The translations under genes and the position numbers were made by a program. A stretch of 64,000 nucleotides of DNA, taken from positions 32,716 to 96,715 of the forward strand of contig CBFGKH010000010.1 in assembly GCA_965649295.1 (NCBI GenBank). Reading direction: 5' to 3'. Position 1 is the first letter of the stretch. Each line of letters starts with the position of its first letter. Below, piece by piece: positions 55,720-64,000 of this stretch. This DNA is from a candidate division WOR-3 bacterium. Its GTDB lineage: Bacteria; Hydrothermota; Tepidihabitantia; Tepidihabitantales; Tepidihabitantaceae. The notes beneath the pieces are model-generated. The model did not search any database and had not been told where the DNA came from. It saw nothing but the letters and a program-made list of their open reading frames with translations.

Positions 55720-56553
55720 TCACTTGCTATCGAACTCGACTGTGTCCAGCGAACTGACCACTGCCATAACGGCTGAATCGGGAAGGATATCGTCTGAAAG
55801 AGCAAATGTTGTCATTGTAAGGCGAGCTGTTCCACTGAGCGTTTGGACATCAAGTCGGCATAGCTCATTAGCAGACTTTGGCAATAATGATGGAGCACCA
55901 TCAGCAGTGGCACCTGCAACAAAGTCAAAAGTCCAGCCCGGTACCTGCCGACCCGAACCTACTAAAGCTCCAACCAAATCAGCACGCTGCCGCACAGCCG
56001 GTTCTAGTAGACCAGCAACGTAGTCTGGGTTACGCCAGGACCATCCGGGAACCGAATCCAGCAGGAAACCAACCACCCCAATACGTACTCCACCTACCCG
56101 CTTGATCATCAACTCCCGACCGACCGCTGAGCCGTTCTTTTCCAGATAGCTAGCATTGAGCAAATAGCAAGAAGACTGATCAACAAGTCGCCGGAGTCGG
56201 GGAAGATTCTCCAGTTGAAACCACGCTTCATCAAGAAGCACTCCATCAACGCCAGCAGCATTCAAAACTGCAACAACACGCTCGGCGTATTCAATACTAC
56301 TTTTCGAATGGAGAACCGGTCCGACTACAAGCCAGACCGTCGGAGTCGTCATACGATGCGCTGCGATGACCGCTGCGTGACGCGCGACCAGAGCTGGATC
56401 GAAAGATGTGACATAAATGGAGGCGACCGGCGAAGGACGGATTATGCCACGACGTCCAGCACAGCCCACAGTTATCGACGTCGTCACAAAGATTATGATG
56501 CACAGTAGTATGAACGCAACAGTCGGTCTCGAACGAGTACGACCAATTCTCAA
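55720..56553 (-). CDS. Putative lipoprotein, degenerate 5'-nucleotidase/metallophosphoesterase fold
   Basis: TM + VGC; LNAAGVD..LLNASY..IKRVGGVRIGVVG. Confidence 0.55.
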   Translation of the reverse strand: MRIGRTRSRPTVAFILLCIIIFVTTSITVGCAGRRGIIRPSPVASIYVTSFDPALVARHAAVIAAHRMTTPTVWLVVGPVLHSKSSIEYAERVVAVLNAAGVDGVLLDEAWFQLENLPRLRRLVDQSSCYLLNASYLEKNGSAVGRELMIKRVGGVRIGVVGFLLDSVPGWSWRNPDYVAGLLEPAVRQRADLVGALVGSGRQVPGWTFDFVAGATADGAPSLLPKSANELCRLDVQTLSGTARLTMTTFALSDDILPDSAVMAVVSSLDTVEFDSK

Positions 56554-56572
56554 GAATGGCCCCGTGACAATC

Positions 56573-57709
56573 TTACTTCATATTCTCGACCTTGCCCCAG
56601 GAACGGTCGAACCGGAATTCATCAAGATCGATGGAGCTTGAGCCACAGTCCATCAGCTCAGCCATCAACTCACCTAGTGCCGGTCCAAACATGAAGCCAT
56701 GGCCGCTCATACCCGTGGAAAGATACAGTCCACGAATCGGCGTCTGTCCACATATCGGGTTGCCATCCGGGGTCATCTCGTAGGAACCAGCCCATTGACG
56801 GAGCACCTTGACCCCCGCGAGTTTAGGCACCAGCCTAACCATTCTTCGGGGCATCTCGGTGATAAACTCTAGGCTGGAATTGATGTTTCTACCCGGTACC
56901 AGTGGTACCGGCGTGTAACAACCAATGAAGTGGCCCGTGCCGTAATTCTGGACGAAGTAACAGCCGTCTGCTCGGTAATCAACAAGCATTGGGCTGAATA
57001 ACGGCTCGACCGCCTCCGTAACCAGTGATTCATGCCGATCGGCAGTAACTGGAACCTTTACGCCAGCGAGCTCTCCTACCACGTCTGACCAACACCCGGC
57101 GGCAATCAATATCTGACCACCGAAAAACTCCTCTCCTTTTCTAGTGGTCACCGAAAGTGCCCTGTCGCCACTCCGGTTGATTGCGACAACTTCAGCGTCA
57201 GTGACAACCTCTCCCTTCAGACGTCTAATGCCCCCCAGGTATCCATATGTAACCTTGAACGGATTGGCTTGTCCATCAGTTGGACAATACGTACCACCAA
57301 GTAAGCCAGTCGGGTCGAGACCAGGTACAATCCGGCAGCAATCATCTGCTGAGATAAACTCGACATCTAGACCGTAACTCTTCTGAATCGCCACCGCTTC
57401 CCGAAAAATCCTACTCCGCTTCTCATCGAAAGACAGAAAGAGATACCCACCCTGATACCACTCGATATCAGTAGCTAACTCCTCGTGCAACTCGGTGAAC
57501 ATTCTGATGCTCTTAAGCATCACCCGTATCGTTAGGTCATGGGTGAACTGTGCGCGTATGCCGCCAATACAGCGTCCAGTTGAACCGGCACATGGAAAGT
57601 CACGTTCCAATACGATCACCTTGCGCCCGCGTTTGGCGAGATAGTAACCAGTGGCTGCTCCGATTATACCAGCACCGATTACTACAACGTCCGCTGTCCT
57701 ACTGCTCAT
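56573..57709 (-). CDS. FAD-dependent oxidoreductase (sarcosine oxidase beta / proline dehydrogenase-like)
   Basis: IGAGIIG, GSTGRCIGGIRAQF, DGQANPF, QWAG.YEMTPDG, SGHGFM. Confidence 0.9.
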   Translation of the reverse strand: MSSRTADVVVIGAGIIGAATGYYLAKRGRKVIVLERDFPCAGSTGRCIGGIRAQFTHDLTIRVMLKSIRMFTELHEELATDIEWYQGGYLFLSFDEKRSRIFREAVAIQKSYGLDVEFISADDCCRIVPGLDPTGLLGGTYCPTDGQANPFKVTYGYLGGIRRLKGEVVTDAEVVAINRSGDRALSVTTRKGEEFFGGQILIAAGCWSDVVGELAGVKVPVTADRHESLVTEAVEPLFSPMLVDYRADGCYFVQNYGTGHFIGCYTPVPLVPGRNINSSLEFITEMPRRMVRLVPKLAGVKVLRQWAGSYEMTPDGNPICGQTPIRGLYLSTGMSGHGFMFGPALGELMAELMDCGSSSIDLDEFRFDRSWGKVENMK

Positions 57710-58031
57710 CTCGACGTGAACCAAGCAAACCCAGCGGAAGCGGTTTCAGTGGTGGACGCGGGAACGGCTGTTTCTGTTCTGATGCTGGAACACCGGTTTC
57801 ATCCTGAATAATACGCGTAATAAGCCGCAGACATCCTCGTCCTTGACAGTGACCCATTCCCGTGCGCAGTAAACGCTTCACTTCCTCGAGAGTCCGGTAG
57901 CCGAGGCGAATGACTTCGCGTACCTCTTCCTCAGTTACCTCTTCACAACGGCAGACGATTCTCAATGACGGACGCCGCTTGGACAAGGAATTTCGCCTAC
58001 GACGCCGGCACGAGTCCCGACTCTTTCTCAT
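57699..58031 (-). CDS. BFD-like [2Fe-2S] protein (sarcosine oxidase alpha C-terminal-like)
   Basis: IVCRCEEVT, KRLLRTGMGHCQGRGC, PRPPLKP; start uncertain. Confidence 0.85.
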   Translation of the reverse strand: MRKSRDSCRRRRRNSLSKRRPSLRIVCRCEEVTEEEVREVIRLGYRTLEEVKRLLRTGMGHCQGRGCLRLITRIIQDETGVPASEQKQPFPRPPLKPLPLGLLGSRRDEQ

Positions 58032-60229
58032 TCAAGAATACCAATAAGCAATCTCTCACCAATGGCCCGGCCTAGTTTCGAAAAAATCTCCGCCCTTGGT
58101 TTAGGGTAACAGACAATATCACAATCCTTCAGTCCTGCCTCCTTCTTCGCCCACTCAATTGCATCAAGCAAACCACCGAGCGAATCAACGAGCCCGATCC
58201 GCTGCGCATCAACACCAGCCCAGACTCGCCCCTGCCCGACCGAATCAACCTGTTCAAAGGTCAACCTTCTTCCGACAGCCACCTTCTGCACAAACTGCTC
58301 ATAGAACCAGTCGGCCTGAGCCTGGATCATCGAATCCTCTTCGGCTGTGTACTCGCGAATGTCGCTTCCAGCGTCAGCATGCTCGCCACGTTTGATCATT
58401 TGACGCCTAACACCAAGCTTGTTGTACAACCCTTCGGTCACGAACTTAAGGCTGAACACGCCTATCGAACCCGTCAGCGTAGTTGGCAAGGCGAAAATGC
58501 GGTTTGCATTGCAAGCAATGTAGTAACCGCCCGAGGCCGCTACCGTTCCCATTGAGACTATGACTGGCTTCTTACGGACAGTAAGTTCCATCTCACGCCA
58601 GATGAGATCGGACGCAAAGCCGTCACCGCCGGGCGAATTGATACGCAAAACAATTGCCTTTACTCGTTTGTCTTTTCGTGCCGCGGCCAGTGCCCGGGCA
58701 ATTGTCCGGGCACCCATACGCACCGTCCCACGCAGGAAATCTGTGCCACTTTCGCCACCGCCGATTTCACCGCTTGCGTAGATAACAGCCACTGCCGGCC
58801 GCTCCTGCCACTCGTACACGTAACTCTTCTGATTGACAAACTTTCTCTCCCCCACCCGTCGCAGCCCATCCAATTCTAACTTAAGCAAACTGTCTAGTTC
58901 ATCTCGATAGCAGAACGTATCAACGAGTCCAGCCTGCTTCGCTTCGTGGGCCATGAACCAAGCACGGCCGATAAGGTGGTGGACGCTATCTACGCTCAGG
59001 TTTCGACCCGATGCGACTGCTCCTACGAACTGCTCAAGCAGCACATCGAGCAAGGCCTCGTACTGCTCACGATTGGTCGCAGTAAGAGAATCTTCGGCAA
59101 ATGTCTCGACCGCGGACTTGTACTTGCCGTGGCGTGTGTATTCAACCTTGAGACCCAGCTTCTCCAGTGCCCCCTTGACGAATGGCGTCAACACCGAGAA
59201 TCCCGCAATCTCAACCCCGCCCTGCACATGCGTGTAAATACGATGGCATGCCGATGCCAACAAATACGAAACCATGCCGTAAGAATCCGCATAGCAATAG
59301 ACCTTTTTGCCAGAAGACCGAAGCTCCACGATCTCGTTTCTCACTTCCTGAGCCTGAGCAAAGCTCATGCTCGCGCCATCGAGTTCCAGCAATACGGCGC
59401 GCACTTGTCTATCCTCTCGACAACGCTTCAGCAGGCTAAGTAGTTCCCATGTGGTCCTAGTCTCTCGCATTGCGAGACTCAAACCCGGCTTCTGGTCGGC
59501 AACGACTTCGTTAAGGCGGATTTCGACGCACTTAGCCGAAGATGGTATGACCGTTCGTCTTCTGGCGCTTCCGATACGCACAAATGTCGTGATCTCGTTC
59601 GGATAGCGAGCCCCAAAGACCCCAATGCCTCCCTTGCCTAACCCCAGTGTCAATCCTGCTGAGAAATTCGTCTCCCGAACACTAGCCCCGGGCAGAACTC
59701 TCGCCGACACCGCAACCCCATCAACCGGTTCCGCCTCCAAGCCCAAGAGTCCAACTAATGGACGGCGCACGAATAGTTCTGCAAAAAGTGACAAGCGACT
59801 ACCGAATGGCCTGACTGCTGCACCCAGCTGCCACGTACCACCGTTGCGACCAAGGTCAGAAGCAAGCAGACCAATTGACAGCCAATTGCTATGCCGCCCC
59901 AGGATACCGAAATCACAGCGTGTCAGAGTATCACGCGCCACTCTCACTCCGAACATGAATCTCCGCACTCCAGTACCGATGGCAAGACCGTAGCGATCGC
60001 CGGGCGACCAGAAGGCACCTACTGGGCCAAGACTACCTGCCACCAATAGGTTACTATGTAATGCCCGCACCGACACTGGCCGGAAACCGTAGAAACAGTA
60101 AAGCTCGGGCTCACGTCCGAAACCGAGCCCAGCCGGATTCGCAAGCACAGCGAGAGCATCATCAGTGGTTGTTAACGTCAGTGGCATTTGGGGTGTCAAC
60201 GCCAGAAGCGAGAAGAAGACCGCAATCAC
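58028..60229 (-). CDS. sppA: Signal peptide peptidase SppA with N-terminal beta-barrel-like domain
   Basis: GKYKSAVE, LRINSPGG, SMGTVAASGGYY, TGSIGV, QGRVWAG; GTGA overlap with upstream stop. Confidence 0.9.
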   Translation of the reverse strand: MIAVFFSLLALTPQMPLTLTTTDDALAVLANPAGLGFGREPELYCFYGFRPVSVRALHSNLLVAGSLGPVGAFWSPGDRYGLAIGTGVRRFMFGVRVARDTLTRCDFGILGRHSNWLSIGLLASDLGRNGGTWQLGAAVRPFGSRLSLFAELFVRRPLVGLLGLEAEPVDGVAVSARVLPGASVRETNFSAGLTLGLGKGGIGVFGARYPNEITTFVRIGSARRRTVIPSSAKCVEIRLNEVVADQKPGLSLAMRETRTTWELLSLLKRCREDRQVRAVLLELDGASMSFAQAQEVRNEIVELRSSGKKVYCYADSYGMVSYLLASACHRIYTHVQGGVEIAGFSVLTPFVKGALEKLGLKVEYTRHGKYKSAVETFAEDSLTATNREQYEALLDVLLEQFVGAVASGRNLSVDSVHHLIGRAWFMAHEAKQAGLVDTFCYRDELDSLLKLELDGLRRVGERKFVNQKSYVYEWQERPAVAVIYASGEIGGGESGTDFLRGTVRMGARTIARALAAARKDKRVKAIVLRINSPGGDGFASDLIWREMELTVRKKPVIVSMGTVAASGGYYIACNANRIFALPTTLTGSIGVFSLKFVTEGLYNKLGVRRQMIKRGEHADAGSDIREYTAEEDSMIQAQADWFYEQFVQKVAVGRRLTFEQVDSVGQGRVWAGVDAQRIGLVDSLGGLLDAIEWAKKEAGLKDCDIVCYPKPRAEIFSKLGRAIGERLLIGILE

Positions 60230-60783
60230 TTCTTGTGACCTACGGATGGCCGACAGTGTCGCACGGTATTCCAAAGCCTCTTGGCAACAGCAACAGTCAC
60301 CACTGCACAGCGGTCCTGGCTGGGCGAGTCAACTATTCGCACGACCTTACCACGTCCCACCTTCCTCCCGGCTCGGTCAAAAACATCCACCAGCTCGCCC
60401 TGAACAGGCCTAGGCAATAACTCGTATGGCAATGTCACTGTCGCCTGAGTGGGGCTGTAGCGACGGTTGACGACAAAAATGGCTAATCCTGGACACTTAG
60501 CGATGCAAAGCGTGCAACCATTGCACTTCTCAAAATCGACCTTGGGTGTATCGGTCAGAGGACCAGCAATCGTTATCGCCTCACGCGGACAAGCGAAAGC
60601 ACAAGGATTACAGGGTATGTTCTGAATGCATTCAACGATAACAACCGGGCCGCGATCAAGGCGCTTCCGACTTGGAAACATAACCCGCCGCCACAACTCC
60701 GCACCAGTAAGCACGCCGGTCCTCTCCGAACCACTAACGCGCATCAGACTCCTTATTTGAGACGTAGTTGGGCGATCTGGCAC
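60226..60783 (-). CDS. 4Fe-4S protein typical of dye-linked proline/sarcosine dehydrogenase clusters
   Basis: ECIQNIPCNPCAFACP, CNGCTLCIAKCPGLAIF, LPYELLP; promoter TTGACT-N16-TATAAT 5 nt upstream. Confidence 0.85.
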   Translation of the reverse strand: MPDRPTTSQIRSLMRVSGSERTGVLTGAELWRRVMFPSRKRLDRGPVVIVECIQNIPCNPCAFACPREAITIAGPLTDTPKVDFEKCNGCTLCIAKCPGLAIFVVNRRYSPTQATVTLPYELLPRPVQGELVDVFDRAGRKVGRGKVVRIVDSPSQDRCAVVTVAVAKRLWNTVRHCRPSVGHKK

Positions 60784-60828
60784 GGCCGATTATAGAAACA
60801 GCTAACAACCAGTCAAGCTGCCCGCACT

Positions 60829-61671
60829 TCAGGGTCGAACGACGATGTTGTCGATTAGACGAGCCTTGCCAAAACGAACTGCCAACGCGATCAACGTGCG
60901 TCCCTTAATACGCGCCACTGGTTCAAGCTGGTTGGGGTCAACTATCTCAATGTACTCGATTAAGCCATCCGACTGGCTGCGAATCAGTCCTCGAATCGCC
61001 GACTTGATACGTCGACTGTCGCATTCACCTGAGTGAATCAATTCCCGAGCAAGCCGAAGAGACCGGTAAAGCACGACAGCTTGGGCTCGCTGTTCTGTTG
61101 AGAGATACCTGTTGCGCGAACTCATCGCCAGCCCGTCATACTCACGTATGGTCGGCACTACTGCAACCTTGACCGGCATGTTCAGGTCGCGAACCATCCG
61201 CCGAACAACGGCTACCTGCTGAGCATCCTTCTGTCCGAACACGACCACATTCGGCCGAACAATGTTAAGTAGCTTGACGACAATCGTCGCTACACCTCGG
61301 AAATGGCCAGGTCGGAACGCTCCACACATATGCTCTGTCAGTCGTTCAACATCGACATAGGTCGCGTACCCCGGTGGGTACATAGCCCTTACTGACGGAA
61401 CAAACACAACGGCAACGCCCGTTGATTCGAGTAACCGGCAGTCATGCTTCTGGTTCCGCGGGTAGGTTCGGTAATCCTCCTTAGGGCCAAACTGCTTTGG
61501 GTTGACGAAAATCGAAACTACAACGTACTGGCATAAACTAAGAGCACGACGGACCAACGCCAAGTGTCCGTTGTGCAACGCTCCCATGGTCGGAACGAAA
61601 GCTATGGTTCCTGTCTTTCGCAAACGGTCAATCGCAACGCGGGCTGCCGTCGGACTAGTGACTACTTGCAT
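60829..61671 (-). CDS. panC: Pantoate-beta-alanine ligase
   Basis: VPTMGALHNGH, SIFVNP, RPGHF, GQKDAQQ, LAMSSRN, RLIDN. Confidence 0.96.
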   Translation of the reverse strand: MQVVTSPTAARVAIDRLRKTGTIAFVPTMGALHNGHLALVRRALSLCQYVVVSIFVNPKQFGPKEDYRTYPRNQKHDCRLLESTGVAVVFVPSVRAMYPPGYATYVDVERLTEHMCGAFRPGHFRGVATIVVKLLNIVRPNVVVFGQKDAQQVAVVRRMVRDLNMPVKVAVVPTIREYDGLAMSSRNRYLSTEQRAQAVVLYRSLRLARELIHSGECDSRRIKSAIRGLIRSQSDGLIEYIEIVDPNQLEPVARIKGRTLIALAVRFGKARLIDNIVVRP

Positions 61672-62479
61672 CGCGAAAGAACGAATGCTCAGGACCTGGG
61701 AACCGTCCGGCACGAACGTCGTCACAGTAGCGCTTCACAGCGTCGGTAATAGCATCGCCAAGCTGGGCGTAGGCCCGAACGAAGCGAAGCTCTGGAATGA
61801 CCGGGATCCCCAACATATCATGCAACACGAGAATCTGACCATCACAGTCAGGGCCAGCACCGATGCCAATAGTAGGGATCTCCAACGACTTAGTCACTAA
61901 CCGAGCCACTTCGCTCGGAACTTTTTCAATGACCACGGCAAAACAGCCGGCCTCTTCCAAACGCCGGGCATCAGCCAAGAGCTGCCGCTCGCCGTCTTCA
62001 GTATCTGCCTGCAATCGGTAACCGCCCAATTGGTGAACCGATTGCGGCAACAAGCCAATGTGGCCCATCACTGGTATTCCGAGCGAAACAAGTCGGTTGA
62101 TTGTAGCCAGAACCGGCCCCGCGCCCTCCAGCTTGACAGCTTCAGCTCCTGCCTTAACAAGGCGGCCCGCGTTAGCCACGGCCTCAGGAACCGACACCTG
62201 ATAGGAAAGGAACGGCATATCCGCGACAATCAAGGCACGCTTTGCCCCAGCTGCAACCGCCCGGGTATGATAGAGCATCTCCTCCATGCCAATTCCAATC
62301 GTTGTTGGTTGACCATAGATCGTATTTGCTGCTGAGTCACCAACAAGGATGATATCAATGCCGGCCTGGTCCAACAGCAAAGCAGTCGGGTAGTCGTAAG
62401 CAGTCAGACAGGCAAGCCGTTCGCCCCGTCGTTTCTTCGCTAATGCTGTTCGAATCGTGAACTTCGCCATGAGCATCAC
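61655..62479 (-). CDS. panB: Ketopantoate hydroxymethyltransferase
   Basis: LTAYD, LVGDS, ADMPF, VKLEG, GHIGLLPQ, GIGAG..DGQILV. Confidence 0.96.
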   Translation of the reverse strand: MMLMAKFTIRTALAKKRRGERLACLTAYDYPTALLLDQAGIDIILVGDSAANTIYGQPTTIGIGMEEMLYHTRAVAAGAKRALIVADMPFLSYQVSVPEAVANAGRLVKAGAEAVKLEGAGPVLATINRLVSLGIPVMGHIGLLPQSVHQLGGYRLQADTEDGERQLLADARRLEEAGCFAVVIEKVPSEVARLVTKSLEIPTIGIGAGPDCDGQILVLHDMLGIPVIPELRFVRAYAQLGDAITDAVKRYCDDVRAGRFPGPEHSFFRDASSH

Positions 62480-62485
62480 CAGGCG

Positions 62486-63139
62486 TTAACGCTGCTTCCC
62501 ACGCGGTGAGTAGAATCGCCGTCCGGAGGTCGTCGACTGAATTGCCCGCAACAAATCTTCAAAGTCATCCCGACTCGCGACAATATCAAGTCGCTCGGTG
62601 TTGACTATCAGCAGGGGCGCCGCTTCGTAATGCATAAAGAAATGATTATAGGCATCGGCAAGGCTGTTCAGGTAGTCCGGATCAATTGCCGCCTCCATCG
62701 GTCGACCCCGCTGCCGAATCCGCGATAGCAGCATATCGGTACGTGCCTGCAGATAGACTATCAGGTCTGGTTTAGGTATCTCCTTGGCAACAAACTCATA
62801 GATGCGCTCATACAGCACCAATTCGTGTTCCGTGAGATTAACGTAGGCAAAGATCCGGTCTTTGTCGAACAGATAGTCACTGACAACGACTTCATGAAAA
62901 AGCTCGGACTGCCCTATCTCGCGCTGTTGACGGTGCCGGGAAAGAAGAAAAAAGAGTTGCGTCTGAAAAGCGTAGCTACGCATGTCGCTGTAGAAGCGCT
63001 CAAGGAAAGGGTTTTCCTCTACTTCCTCAAGGACAAGCCGAGCGTGTAGCCGCTCGGCCAGCCGACGTGCCAACGCGGTCTTTCCAACCCCAATCGGTCC
63101 TTCGATCGCTATGTAACGCACGACCCACTCCAGAGCCAA
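62486..63139 (-). CDS. Deoxynucleoside kinase
   Basis: EGPIGVGKT, NPFLERFY, QLFFLLSR, PDLIVYL, RGR.ME. Confidence 0.93.
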   Translation of the reverse strand: MALEWVVRYIAIEGPIGVGKTALARRLAERLHARLVLEEVEENPFLERFYSDMRSYAFQTQLFFLLSRHRQQREIGQSELFHEVVVSDYLFDKDRIFAYVNLTEHELVLYERIYEFVAKEIPKPDLIVYLQARTDMLLSRIRQRGRPMEAAIDPDYLNSLADAYNHFFMHYEAAPLLIVNTERLDIVASRDDFEDLLRAIQSTTSGRRFYSPRGKQR

Positions 63140-63597
63140 ACTCCGGCAGTTGAAACACGACCAAGCATCTCTGTCACAGTTGTCCCCAATAGAGGATGAC
63201 GCAGTTCCGGCGCCAGCTCTGCCAAAGGCACCAACACAAATGCCCGGTCCTGTAAGCGAGGGTGAGGAACAACTAACGAAGGTGTACTCACTATCAAGTC
63301 ACCATAGAAGAGAATATCGATGTCAATCGTGCGGGACATCGAAAGTACTTCGCGGACTCGGCCGAGCCGAGACTCCACCTTGCTCAACTCAACCAGCAGA
63401 CTCTGCGGGCCGATCTGGGTCAACAACTCACAGACGCAGTTTAGGAACAATGGAGCCCCGGGCAAGCCTACAGGCACCGTCTCATAAAAGCGTGATACTC
63501 GGATCTGACCGAACTCGCGGATGTTTAGCAACGCCGCACTCAATACGCTAGCTCGGTCCCCGAGGTTCGACCCACAGCCGAGATAGACTCTATTCAA
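63109..63597 (-). CDS. folK: HPPK (2-amino-4-hydroxy-6-hydroxymethyldihydropteridine diphosphokinase)
   Basis: GSNLGDR, RTIDIDIL, PHPRLQDRAFVLVPL. Confidence 0.95.
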   Translation of the reverse strand: MNRVYLGCGSNLGDRASVLSAALLNIREFGQIRVSRFYETVPVGLPGAPLFLNCVCELLTQIGPQSLLVELSKVESRLGRVREVLSMSRTIDIDILFYGDLIVSTPSLVVPHPRLQDRAFVLVPLAELAPELRHPLLGTTVTEMLGRVSTAGVWLWSGSCVT

Positions 63598-63630
63598 GTA
63601 TGACTACCTGACAGCTGACAACAGCTTATC

Positions 63631-63840
63631 CTAAGCAGAGTGAATCGACCTAACCTGGCGAGCTCGTCGCCCGCGCGGCGTCTCAGTTACCTCAAACTGA
63701 ACCCGTTGGCCTGGCTCTAGCGAACGATGGCCCTCACCAACAATGTCACCGAAGTGAACAAAAACATCGGCCCCACCGTCATCAGCGGTGATGAAGCCGA
63801 AACCTTTCTTGTTATCGAACCACTTCACACTGCCATTCAT
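63631..63840 (-). CDS. Cold-shock protein
   Basis: GSVKWFD..KGFGFI, DVFVHF; promoter TTGACA-N16-TAGATT at 63922-63895. Confidence 0.95.
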   Translation of the reverse strand: MNGSVKWFDNKKGFGFITADDGGADVFVHFGDIVGEGHRSLEPGQRVQFEVTETPRGRRARQVRSIHSA

Positions 63841-64000
63841 ACAGGCTGAGCAACCTCTTTCGCGGCCTCGGATCGCAGGCGGCCGCCGACCCAGAATCTA
63901 TGCCATTCGGTGACCGTGTCAAGCAGAGCGTAATCGACTTGCACCATGCCCAACTGCCAAGTTCCCTCAGCGCGCGGTGGGGGGGCGAAACCCCCCCCCC

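Noticed and set aside
63968..64000. G-run/CGAAA/C-run hairpin as the start of an ncRNA (tmRNA, SRP)
   Set aside because: Truncated at the window edge and low complexity; cannot be assigned

Overview
A densely coded, mostly core-genome window from an anaerobic diderm bacterium. Secreted proteins with FlgD-Ig/T9SS-like tails, a group-4 hydrogenase, a V-ATPase and a split GcvP resemble candidate lineages such as WOR-3; this assignment is inference. Bases 1-14220 (minus strand) hold an operon of at least 18 genes for an unusual energy-converting complex. It combines a sulfhydrogenase-type NAD(P)H module (HydB/HydG-like), a truncated Mo-enzyme/NuoG-like scaffold, a 4x[4Fe-4S] protein, a group-4 [NiFe]-hydrogenase core with intact Ni-Fe cysteines, three antiporter-like subunits and an Mrp/Mbh Na+ module. 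The rest of the window contains an acetyl-CoA hydrolase-GNAT fusion with an ADP-forming acyl-CoA synthetase, five CCA-less tRNAs, a decayed IS1202/ISNCY-type element, a subtilase with an Asp-box insert and a Kelch secreted protein. It also carries lipB/lpdA/purD/glyS, a glycine cleavage operon with DUF6485-like and GlmL-like genes, a partial Na+-type V-ATPase operon, a sarcosine/proline oxidase-like cluster interrupted by a barrel-fused SppA, and panBC/folK. About 20 near-consensus sigma70 promoters are visible, mostly with 16-bp spacers, and many imply leaderless mRNAs.
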